Part shown: positions 28,238 to 36,155 of the stretch, one piece after another
How the letters are laid out: each line of letters starts with the position of its first letter
Numbering within the stretch: position 1 is the stretch's first letter
Assembly (NCBI GenBank): GCA_020051175.1
Contig: JAGVJJ010000040.1
Location: forward strand, 22,175-86,174
Reading direction: 5' to 3'
Origin: Bacteroidia bacterium
GTDB lineage: Bacteria; Bacteroidota; Bacteroidia; 2-12-FULL-35-15
Length of the DNA: 64,000 bases
Notes under the pieces: model-generated
Databases searched by the model: none
What the model was told of the DNA's origin: nothing
The model's input: only the letters and a program-made list of their open reading frames with translations
Made by a program: the position numbers and the translations under genes

Positions 28238-29747
28238 GCGTTCGGAAAAATATATCAGCCCCATTTCCTTTATGCTTATACATAAACAAAAAATTGAAAA
28301 AATTGAAAACCGGATTTTAAGTGTTTTATTATACGGAGTTTTACTGGTTTATTTATATCAATTTATGTTGGTTGCCGGCAAGTATAAAACATTCACGACC
28401 GATGAAAAGTTTTATTACATTGAAGCCAAGGCAATTTCAGCGAATAACATATACCAGACACCTGCCAGTCTGGATGGTAATACATCGTTCATAGGCGGCT
28501 TTGGTTTTCATGGGCTGAGTTATGCGTTGAAAGACGGCTGGCTGGCTAAGCTTTTTTTTTGTTCAGATGATCCTCCTCTTTTGTGGAACAATGTTTTGAC
28601 CTGCCTGCTAACATTGGCAATAGTTTTTTTATTCAAATCTTTTAGTTTGAATACTCGAATAAAAATTGCATTGCTAATTGCAACCCATTATGTATTGTTT
28701 TACTATACACTTTCGTACATGCAGGAAACGATTCACTACCTTTTTGCAGTAATAGCATTGTGGAATTTATACCTGCTTTATACAAATCAGAACGGAGATA
28801 ACAGGAAATATTTATACTCCTACCTGTTACTGGTTATAATTGCCATAACATTTCGATATGGTTGGTTTATTTGGGGCTTGGGGCTACTGCCATTGGCGAA
28901 GAATTATATCAGCTTTTTTAAATGGTGCGGTTTAGCTATTGCTTTAGCACTATTTGGTATTTTTGTCAATCGCTACATTGCATCACCTTATCCTTACGGT
29001 CACGTTGCCGATAAGATAACGGATATGGAAAATTTTTCATTGCTGAGGGCAGTAGAAATTGCCGTTGATAATTTTTGCAACACTATACACATGTTTATTG
29101 TGCCTGGCAAAAAAATTGACACAACTGTTATGCGTTACCTGTTTTTGGTTTTATTATTTATTAATACATGGTATGCAATAATAAAACGCAACCGTTTTAT
29201 TATTGCATGTGCATTAGTTGCCTGGGGCTATTTTTTAGCAACAATGACTTTTTATGTGGCGTTCTGGGGATACGATGAGAGATCAATGGCTGTACTTAAC
29301 CCTTTGCTGGCTTTTTCATTGGTCGGAACTAGCAACAAGTGGATATTTTATCCGGTTGTTTTAGTTCAATTGTTGCTTTTTCCTGGAATTGTAAAGGAAA
29401 CAGAAGAACGTAATCTGGTATCGATAAATGCAAATGCGCCAAACCCAGTATACCTTGCTGTACAAAATGCCCATTCAAAAATCAGCAACTTAATTACCGA
29501 TGATACTGCAGTTGTGGTTCAAATCAATATTAATTTGGTAAAGCATGGGTCCCTCGATTACTTTAATGAATTTCCACTTGTAAATATCAAAGGACACCCC
29601 ATACATTACAGGGTTTACAGGAACGGAAACGATTTAAGAAAAATCCATTTTCCAACGTATTTTTTGAACCCGCCACCCGAAAGGTTGCCACCCAACTGTA
29701 GATTAATTTATTCCGACTCTTGGATGAATCTATATCGTACCTTTTAA
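28218..29747 (+). CDS. polytopic membrane protein, putative GT-C fold glycosyltransferase (ArnT/PMT-like)
   Basis: 509 aa, more than 10 predicted TM segments. FTTDEKFYYIEAKAIS in the first extracytoplasmic loop resembles the ArnT/PMT DE-x-RY-x-EIA motif. Overlaps the GT2 gene by 20 nt, suggesting translational coupling. Confidence 0.4.
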   Translation: MMKRTIERSEKYISPISFMLIHKQKIEKIENRILSVLLYGVLLVYLYQFMLVAGKYKTFTTDEKFYYIEAKAISANNIYQTPASLDGNTSFIGGFGFHGLSYALKDGWLAKLFFCSDDPPLLWNNVLTCLLTLAIVFLFKSFSLNTRIKIALLIATHYVLFYYTLSYMQETIHYLFAVIALWNLYLLYTNQNGDNRKYLYSYLLLVIIAITFRYGWFIWGLGLLPLAKNYISFFKWCGLAIALALFGIFVNRYIASPYPYGHVADKITDMENFSLLRAVEIAVDNFCNTIHMFIVPGKKIDTTVMRYLFLVLLFINTWYAIIKRNRFIIACALVAWGYFLATMTFYVAFWGYDERSMAVLNPLLAFSLVGTSNKWIFYPVVLVQLLLFPGIVKETEERNLVSINANAPNPVYLAVQNAHSKISNLITDDTAVVVQININLVKHGSLDYFNEFPLVNIKGHPIHYRVYRNGNDLRKIHFPTYFLNPPPERLPPNCRLIYSDSWMNLYRTF

Positions 29748-29942
29748 AGCAAATAAAAATAGCTTTTCATATAGGTGATTCTACATTTTGCAGCCTTTAA
29801 ATTATATTGAAGTAGATTTCACGGTTATGTTGTTTAAACCAAAGTCAAAAGTACTCTATCTAATCTGTTTTATATATTAAAACGGTTTCTCATCCGCATC
29901 ATCCCTCTTCAAACATTCACAAATCGCGCCCTGATTATTCTG

Positions 29943-29960
29943 TCCCGATAGCTATCGGGA
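29943..29960. promoter_or_regulatory. 18-bp perfect palindrome TCCCGATAGCTATCGGGA upstream of the RidA gene (candidate operator)
   Basis: Perfect dyad symmetry, about 150 nt upstream of the start at 30112. No T-run follows, so it is unlikely to be a terminator. Confidence 0.3.
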
Positions 29961-30111
29961 TTATTTCAGAATCTGTGCGTTGAATCGCGGTTGTTTTTAA
30001 GTTGTTGTTGGTCAGCGACTTAGTTTGTTGTTAGATATTAATGCTACAATCCCCAAATTGCTTTTCTCCCCCATTTTCGCTATCTTTGCGCTCCTTTTAA
30101 AACCATAGAAA

Positions 30112-30528
30112 ATGGCAGAAGACAGAATAAATTCAAGCAAAGCACCGGAACCTGTAGGATTATACCCCCATGCCCGTAAAGTAGGCAATTTGCTGTTCCT
30201 TTCAGGAGTGGGTCCGCGTGAGCGGGGAACCAAGAAGATTCCAGGCGTAGACTTGGATGAAAAAGGGAATATTGTGTCTTACGATATTGAAACACAGTGC
30301 AAAAGCGTGTTCCAGAACGTGAAATACATCCTGGAAGATGCCGGCAGCAGCTGGGATAAAATTGTGGATGTGCAGGTATTCCTCACCAATATGAAAGACG
30401 ATTTTGCCACCTATAACCGCGTGTATGCAGAGTGGTTCAAAGATAACCAGCCTTGCCGCACTACCATTGAAATCAATTGTTTACCAACTCCTATTGCGAT
30501 TGAGTTGAAAGTAATTGCAACGATATAA
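30112..30528 (+). CDS. ridA: RidA/YjgF family reactive-intermediate deaminase
   Basis: 138 aa. The APEPVGLYPHARKVGNLLFLSGVGP pattern and the C-terminal TTIEINCLPTPIAIELKVIA are typical of RidA. Confidence 0.85.
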   Translation: MAEDRINSSKAPEPVGLYPHARKVGNLLFLSGVGPRERGTKKIPGVDLDEKGNIVSYDIETQCKSVFQNVKYILEDAGSSWDKIVDVQVFLTNMKDDFATYNRVYAEWFKDNQPCRTTIEINCLPTPIAIELKVIATI

Positions 30529-30532
30529 TAAC

Positions 30533-30940
30533 ATGAGAATTATTGTTTTTTTCATTCTCATACTGATCTCTAAGCTGGTATTTGCCCAGGATGAAGATAA
30601 AAGAGGAACAATAAAACTTAAAAAACCATCTGACTCATGTGTTGCAATGGTGTTGGGGTATAGCGGAGAAAATTTTGTAGACAAAGAGAAGATTGCAAAC
30701 ATCAAAAAGGTAGAGTTAAATGAAGGTTGCGACTATAAAATAATTTCATTCTCGGTAATGTATACGGATAGTGAGGACTGGACAAGAATAATACCTTCTG
30801 TTGGCGACAAAGTTGGACACAATGTTGGCGATCAGATAAAAGGAGCATCCGGTGTAACGTTTGGCAACATTATAGCAAAAAGCAATACTACGGGGGAAGA
30901 AATAAAATTGCCTCCCATTATTTTAATAATAACTGATTAA
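30533..30940 (+). CDS. hypothetical small secreted protein
   Basis: MRIIVFFILILISKLVFAQ is a signal peptide. The track ORF starts at 30515; the later Met at 30533 avoids overlap with ridA. Ends ATGA, overlapping the ileS start. Confidence 0.4.
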   Translation: MRIIVFFILILISKLVFAQDEDKRGTIKLKKPSDSCVAMVLGYSGENFVDKEKIANIKKVELNEGCDYKIISFSVMYTDSEDWTRIIPSVGDKVGHNVGDQIKGASGVTFGNIIAKSNTTGEEIKLPPIILIITD

Positions 30941-33900
30941 TGAAAAAATACACCGAATACAAAGGCCTTGACCTTTCCCAAACAGCGAAGGATGTTCAGA
31001 AGAGCTGGGATGAGAATAATATATTTGAAAAATCCATCACTTCACGTGAAGGCAAAGCACCTTTTGTATTTTACGAAGGGCCACCAAGCGCGAACGGCTT
31101 GCCGGGGATTCACCACGTAATGGCCCGTTCCATTAAAGATATATTCTGCCGTTATAAAACCCAAAAAGGGTTCCAGGTGAAACGTAAGGCGGGCTGGGAT
31201 ACGCACGGTTTGCCGATAGAGTTAAGCGTTGAAAAGGCTTTGGGCATTACCAAAGAGGACATCGGTAAAAAAATTACTGTGGAGCAGTACAACATCGAGT
31301 GCCGCAAGGATGTAATGAAATACACCGATAAGTGGGAGGACTTAACAAAGAAAATGGGCTATTGGGTGGACATGCAGCACCCCTACATTACTTACGATAA
31401 CAAATACATTGAGTCCGTTTGGTGGTTGCTGAATAACCTGTACAGCAAAGGAATGCTGTACAAAGGGTTTACTATACAACCGTATTCTCCCGCAGCAGGA
31501 ACAGGGCTTTCATCGCATGAGCTGAACCAGCCGGGTTGTTACAGGGATGTGAAGGACAGGACTGCAGTTGCGATGTTCCGCCTCTCCCCAACCCTCTCCC
31601 AAGGAGAGTGGGCTTTTACCGAATTAAAGAAAGGATTATCGGAAGAAGAGCTTAACAATACTTACTTTTTAGCATGGACTACTACACCTTGGACATTGTC
31701 TTCAAATACTGCGCTTGCGGTTGGAAAAAATATTGAATATGTTTTGATAAAAACCCAGAATCAATTTACTGGAAAAGAAATTAATGTAATTGTTGCTAGT
31801 GATTTAGCAGCAAAGTATATTAAAGGCTACGGTTCCAAATTTGAAGAAAATGTAATTACTGGATGGGGGTTAGACGCATCAGGTAATCTACAAGCATTTA
31901 ATCCTAAGGAACCATATAATAATTGGAAGCAACTTGCCAAATTCATTGGTTCTGATATAGCAGGTTTAAAATATGAGCAACTACTACCATTTGAAGCCAA
32001 CAAATTCGTTGAGCTAAATGGTAAGAACCTCCCCTTTGGGGAGGCGGGAGGGGCTGTAATCATTGGCGATTTCGTTACAACCGAAGACGGTACTGGCATC
32101 GTACACATCGCGCCAAGCTTTGGTGCGGACGACTTTAGAGTGGCCAAACAAAACGGCATTGGCTCATTAACATTGGTTGACAGACGCGGTAAGTTTTTAC
32201 CGGAAGTAAAAGACGGCATCTTCCTATACGGTGAAGAGTACGTAAAAGAAGCCTATTTGACAGATGCTGAAAAAGAAGCCGAATTCCAAAACCAAAAGAA
32301 AGTTCTTGAAGCAAACGGCAAGATAAAAGAGCTGAAAGCATACTTAAGCGTGGATGATCGAATCATCTTAAAACTGCAGGAGGAAGGCAAACTCTTCAAA
32401 AAAGAAACCTACGAGCACAGTTACCCGCATTGCTGGAGAACAGATAAACCGGTTTTGTACTATCCACTGGACAGCTGGTTCATCAAAACTACGGACTACA
32501 AAGACCGTATGATTGAGCTGAACAAAACCATCAATTGGAAGCCGGAATCTACCGGTACAGGGCGTTTTGGTAACTGGCTGGAGAATCTGAACGACTGGAA
32601 TTTATCGCGTTCCCGCTTCTGGGGCATTCCAATTCCTATCTGGACAAGCGAAGACAAAACAGAGCAAATCTGCATTTCTTCTGTGGAGGAATTGCAGAAG
32701 GAAATCACCAATGCTGTTGCAAAAGGAGTGATGAAAGACAGTCCACTTGCGGCTTTCAGAGCGGGTGATATGAGCGAGGCCAATTACAACACCTTTGACT
32801 TGCACAAACCTTATGCAGATAATATTGTGCTGGAGCGCAATGGTAAAAAGCTTTTCCGTGAGCCGGATTTGATTGACGTTTGGTTTGATTCGGGCGCAAT
32901 GCCTTATGCACAGCTGCATTACCCCTTTGAGAACAAAGAATTGATTGACGGCCCATCCCCAACCCTTCCCCAAGGGAAGGGAGTAAGCCCTAAGTATCAG
33001 ACAGCAAGAAATTCATCCTATAATTTGCTGAAAGAATTAGCTATAGAAAGAAAAAAACAACAAACAGAGAGTGAAACAATTCTTTGGAATTTGCTTAAGG
33101 GAAAACAATTAGGAAATTATAAATTCAGACGCCAGCATATAATTGATGAGTTTATTGTGGATTTTGTTTGCCTTCAGAAAACTTTGGTTGTTGAAGTAGA
33201 TGGTGGTTATCATTCCAAACCGGAAATACTTGAAGCCGATACTCTAAGAACAAATATTCTGAACGAATTGGGTTTTAAAGTTTTAAGATTTAAAAATGAA
33301 GAAGTGATAAACAATACTGAACAAGTATTAAAAATAATTGAAACGGCACTTAACACACAGAAAACCCTCCCCTTGGGGGAGGGCAAGGGAGGGGCTTTCC
33401 CTGCCGATTTCATCGCAGAAGGGGTGGATCAAACACGCGGATGGTTCTTTACTTTACATGCGATAGCTACCATGTGCTTTGACTCTGTGGCTTACAAAAA
33501 CGTAGTCAGCAATGGCCTGGTATTGGATAAAAACGGACAAAAAATGAGCAAACGCTTAGGCAATGCGATTGATCCGTTTGTGACCATTGAAAAATACGGC
33601 CCGGATGCTACACGCTGGTACATGATTACCAATGCGGCACCCTGGGACAACCTTAAATTTGATATTGAAGGCATAGGGGAGGTGCAGCGCAGTTTCTTCG
33701 GTACGCTTCACAATACATACTCATTCTTTGCATTGTATGCCAATGTGGATGGTTTTGTATACAAAGAAGCCGAAATTCCGGTAATTGATCGCCCGGAAAT
33801 TGACCGCTGGATTTTATCCGAGCTGAATACCTTGATAAAAAAGGTGGATGAGGCTTATTCTGAATACGAGCCTCACCGTGCCGGTCGTTACATCGAAACC

Positions 33901-34914
33901 TTTGTGGATGAGCACCTTAGCAACTGGTATGTACGTCTGTGCCGCAGACGTTTCTGGAAAGGCGAATACTCACACGATAAAATAGCTGCTTACCAGACAC
34001 TTTACCGTTGTATGGAAGTAATTGCCCAGCTTTCGGCTCCAATAGCTCCCTATTTTATGGACAGGCTGTATTCCGATTTAAACAGTATCACAGGTCGTGA
34101 TAAGGCAAGTTCCATCCATTTAAGCAATTTTCCGGAATCAGATACTTTCCTGATTGACAAGGATTTGGAAGAACGTATGGAGCTGGCTCAGAAAGTATCT
34201 TCCATGATATTGTCGATACGCAAAAAGGAGAATATCCGTGTGCGTCAGCCTTTGAATAAAATCCGTATTCCGGTTTTAGACGAATCGTATAAGACTAAAA
34301 TTGAGGCGGTTAAGGATTTGATTTTGTCGGAAGTAAATGTGAAGGAAATTGAGTTTGTGAGCGAGGCGGATACCCAAATTGTGAAGAATATGAAGCTGAA
34401 TTTCAAGACTTTAGGCAAAAAATGCGGCAAACATATGAAGGCGGTTCAGGCCTTTGCAAATGAAAATGCACAGGCTGTAATTTCCGGTATCGAAAAAACA
34501 GGAAAATTCGATATAAAGATTGATAATGAGGTAATTGTATTGGATACGGAAGATGTGGAAATTATTCCGGTAGACATCCCGGGATGGAAAGTGGCCAATT
34601 CGGGACAAATAACTGTGGCCCTGGATGTTACATTAACTGCAGAACTGCGGGAAGAAGGCCTGGCGCGTGAGTTGGTAAACCGTATCCAGAACCTCAGAAA
34701 GGAAAGTAACCTGGATGTAACAGACAAGATTGACGTGAAAATTCAGAGAAATTCGGCTATAAATGAAGCGATTAACAATAATTTAAACTATATTTGCACC
34801 GAAATTTTGGCGTCTTCATTGGAACTTGTCGACACTTTGGAGGCAAAAATAGGTGCTGAGATTGAACTAGACGAACAAATAAAGACCTTAATCACCATTA
34901 CTAAATTAAATTAA
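30940..34914 (+). CDS. ileS: isoleucine--tRNA ligase (type 2), carrying three in-frame insertions
   Basis: P-x-ANG/HH region (PPSANGLPGIHHVMAR). TTTPWTL editing-domain motif. KMSKRLGN (KMSKS motif). At 1324 aa it is about 170 aa longer than typical Bacteroidota IleS; the extra length comes from insertions at about residues 215-225, 362-372 and 672-818. Confidence 0.95.
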   Translation: MKKYTEYKGLDLSQTAKDVQKSWDENNIFEKSITSREGKAPFVFYEGPPSANGLPGIHHVMARSIKDIFCRYKTQKGFQVKRKAGWDTHGLPIELSVEKALGITKEDIGKKITVEQYNIECRKDVMKYTDKWEDLTKKMGYWVDMQHPYITYDNKYIESVWWLLNNLYSKGMLYKGFTIQPYSPAAGTGLSSHELNQPGCYRDVKDRTAVAMFRLSPTLSQGEWAFTELKKGLSEEELNNTYFLAWTTTPWTLSSNTALAVGKNIEYVLIKTQNQFTGKEINVIVASDLAAKYIKGYGSKFEENVITGWGLDASGNLQAFNPKEPYNNWKQLAKFIGSDIAGLKYEQLLPFEANKFVELNGKNLPFGEAGGAVIIGDFVTTEDGTGIVHIAPSFGADDFRVAKQNGIGSLTLVDRRGKFLPEVKDGIFLYGEEYVKEAYLTDAEKEAEFQNQKKVLEANGKIKELKAYLSVDDRIILKLQEEGKLFKKETYEHSYPHCWRTDKPVLYYPLDSWFIKTTDYKDRMIELNKTINWKPESTGTGRFGNWLENLNDWNLSRSRFWGIPIPIWTSEDKTEQICISSVEELQKEITNAVAKGVMKDSPLAAFRAGDMSEANYNTFDLHKPYADNIVLERNGKKLFREPDLIDVWFDSGAMPYAQLHYPFENKELIDGPSPTLPQGKGVSPKYQTARNSSYNLLKELAIERKKQQTESETILWNLLKGKQLGNYKFRRQHIIDEFIVDFVCLQKTLVVEVDGGYHSKPEILEADTLRTNILNELGFKVLRFKNEEVINNTEQVLKIIETALNTQKTLPLGEGKGGAFPADFIAEGVDQTRGWFFTLHAIATMCFDSVAYKNVVSNGLVLDKNGQKMSKRLGNAIDPFVTIEKYGPDATRWYMITNAAPWDNLKFDIEGIGEVQRSFFGTLHNTYSFFALYANVDGFVYKEAEIPVIDRPEIDRWILSELNTLIKKVDEAYSEYEPHRAGRYIETFVDEHLSNWYVRLCRRRFWKGEYSHDKIAAYQTLYRCMEVIAQLSAPIAPYFMDRLYSDLNSITGRDKASSIHLSNFPESDTFLIDKDLEERMELAQKVSSMILSIRKKENIRVRQPLNKIRIPVLDESYKTKIEAVKDLILSEVNVKEIEFVSEADTQIVKNMKLNFKTLGKKCGKHMKAVQAFANENAQAVISGIEKTGKFDIKIDNEVIVLDTEDVEIIPVDIPGWKVANSGQITVALDVTLTAELREEGLARELVNRIQNLRKESNLDVTDKIDVKIQRNSAINEAINNNLNYICTEILASSLELVDTLEAKIGAEIELDEQIKTLITITKLN
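31584..31613 (+). repeat. solo copy of the palindromic left-end repeat (CCCCAACCCTCTCCCAAGGAGAGTGGG), in-frame inside ileS
   Basis: About 80% identical to the left terminus of the element at 32953-32990. Encodes LSPTLSQGEW, compared with PSPTLPQGKG in the full element. Core palindrome CTCTCCCAAGGAGAG. Confidence 0.5.
32026..32055 (+). repeat. solo copy of the palindromic right-end repeat (AACCTCCCCTTTGGGGAGGCGGGAGGGGCT), in-frame inside ileS
   Basis: Nearly identical to the right terminus at 33363-33396. Encodes NLPFGEAGGA, compared with TLPLGEGKGGA. Core palindrome CCTCCCCTTTGGGGAGG. Confidence 0.5.
32953..33393 (+). mobile_element. 441-bp miniature element with palindromic terminal inverted repeats and a DUF559 (Vsr-like endonuclease fold) domain, inserted in-frame in ileS
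   Basis: Left end CCCTTCCCCAAGGGAAGGG (32963-32981). Right end CCCTCCCCTTGGGGGAGGG (33365-33383). Each end is itself a palindrome and the two are inverse-related. The cargo peptide RRQHIIDEFIVDFVC...LVVEVDGGYH...LGFKVLRFKNEEV matches DUF559. It lies between conserved IleS residues ELIDG and AFPADFIAEG, which are contiguous in orthologs. Confidence 0.6.
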
Positions 34915-34925
34915 CAAAATACACA

Positions 34926-36035
34926 ATGGCAAAAAAAGCGCAAAAAGGCAAACCGGTAAAAAAAGCCGCGAAACCTGCTAAGCCTGCTAAAAAAGCAGCT
35001 GCGAAACCAGCAAAACCAGCAAAAAAAGCAGCACCTAAAAAGGCCGCTAAGCCTGCTAAGAAAGCGGTTGCAAAGCCAGCTAAAAAAGCAGCTAAGCCTG
35101 CACCTAAAAAAGCCGCAAAACCAGCTAAAAAAGTAACTGCAAAGCCAGCAAAAAAATCGATTTCAAAACCGGTTAAAAAAGCTGCTAAGCCAGTTAAAGC
35201 TGCAGGCAAAGCAAAACCTGTTGCAAAGAAATCTGCAAAACCTGCAAAAGTAAGCAAGCCGGTTGCTAAAAAAGTAAGCAAGCCGGTTGCTAAAAAAGTA
35301 AGCAAACCTGTTGCAAAAGCAGTAAAAAAGGTAAGCAAACCTGTTGCTAAACCAATAGCGAAAAAAGCAGAAAAACCAGTAGCGAAAAAGCCGCTTGTTA
35401 AGGAAGCTGTAAAAAGCCCCGTTAAACCAATTGAAAAAGCAACTGCTAAAACAGATGCTAAAAAAACGACTGAGAAACCCGTTGTTGCTGTTAAACCAGT
35501 AGCTCCTGTTGTTAAAAAAGCTGAGCCAAAGAAAAAGTACGAAGCTGATCTTGATGATGATGGTAGCTCCAGGGATGATGAGCCAATGGTTGTAGAATAC
35601 AAAACTCCAAGCATTCAACGCCCTATGGGACCAATACCAAAACCACATATCAATACCGATAACAGAACACGTTATACCGATTCAGAATTAAAAGAATTTA
35701 AAGAGTTGATCCTTAAAAAGCTTGAAGAAGCGCAAAAGGATTATGAATTGTTAAAGAGCACACTTTCTCACAAAGATGATCATGGTACTGATGATACCTC
35801 TCCAACATTCAAATTGCTGGAAGATGGTTCTGATGTATTGTCAAAAGAAGAAACAGCTCATTTGGCAAGCCGCCAGGAGAAATTCATCCAGAACCTGCAA
35901 AATGCGCTTATCCGTATTGAAAACAAAACATACGGTATCTGCCGCGCTACAGGCAAGTTGATCTCTAAAGAGCGTTTAAGAAGCGTGCCTCATGCTACTT
36001 TAGCGATTGAAGCTAAATTGGAGCAGCATAACTAA
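34926..36035 (+). CDS. DksA/TraR family protein fused to an N-terminal histone-H1-like Lys/Ala/Pro repeat region
   Basis: Residues 1-190 are KAAKPAKK-type repeats. The C-terminal 130 aa (DSELKEFKELILKKLEEAQ...YGICRATGKLISKERLRSVPHATLAIEAK) resembles the DksA/TraR coiled coil plus a C-terminal finger, with only one Cys retained. Confidence 0.65.
   Translation: MAKKAQKGKPVKKAAKPAKPAKKAAAKPAKPAKKAAPKKAAKPAKKAVAKPAKKAAKPAPKKAAKPAKKVTAKPAKKSISKPVKKAAKPVKAAGKAKPVAKKSAKPAKVSKPVAKKVSKPVAKKVSKPVAKAVKKVSKPVAKPIAKKAEKPVAKKPLVKEAVKSPVKPIEKATAKTDAKKTTEKPVVAVKPVAPVVKKAEPKKKYEADLDDDGSSRDDEPMVVEYKTPSIQRPMGPIPKPHINTDNRTRYTDSELKEFKELILKKLEEAQKDYELLKSTLSHKDDHGTDDTSPTFKLLEDGSDVLSKEETAHLASRQEKFIQNLQNALIRIENKTYGICRATGKLISKERLRSVPHATLAIEAKLEQHN
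34944..35400 (+). repeat. tandem/cryptic coding repeats (AAG-CCN-GCN-AAA units), including an exact 24-nt tandem duplication at 35250-35297
   Basis: GTAAGCAAGCCGGTTGCTAAAAAA occurs twice in tandem, followed by a degenerate third unit. Low-complexity DNA encoding KPAKKAA. Confidence 0.6.
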
Positions 36036-36045
36036 TAAGTAGTTT

Positions 36046-36085
36046 TTAAATAAAGAAAAGCCCGGCAGTTGTATAACTACGGGGC
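36046..36085. terminator. terminator hairpin, second copy of the 7131-7166 element (identical 14-nt loop cagttgtataacta)
   Basis: GAAAAGCCCGGCAGTTGTATAACTACGGGGCTTTTTTT. 35 of 36 nt identical to the 7-kb copy. Lies between convergent genes (DksA-like + and apbC -). Confidence 0.6.
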
Positions 36086-36155
36086 TTTTTTTATTACAAC
36101 ATCATTGCAGCCTCTTCTTAGAAAGGATGAGGAAGTCCCACACCTATCACTATTT

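Noticed and set aside
32953-33393. Possibility that the ileS insert is an intein
   Set aside because: There is no Cys/Ser at the insert N-terminus, no His-Asn at its C-terminus, and no Hint-domain blocks. The termini are nucleotide-level palindromes, which points to a DNA element and not a protein-splicing element.
34901-35648. Two minus-strand ORFs (237 and 161 aa) overlapping the KAAKP repeat gene
   Set aside because: They are reverse-complement shadows of the AAG/GCN repeat array and encode poly-Phe/Leu/Ala junk. The plus-strand gene has a clear C-terminal DksA-like domain.
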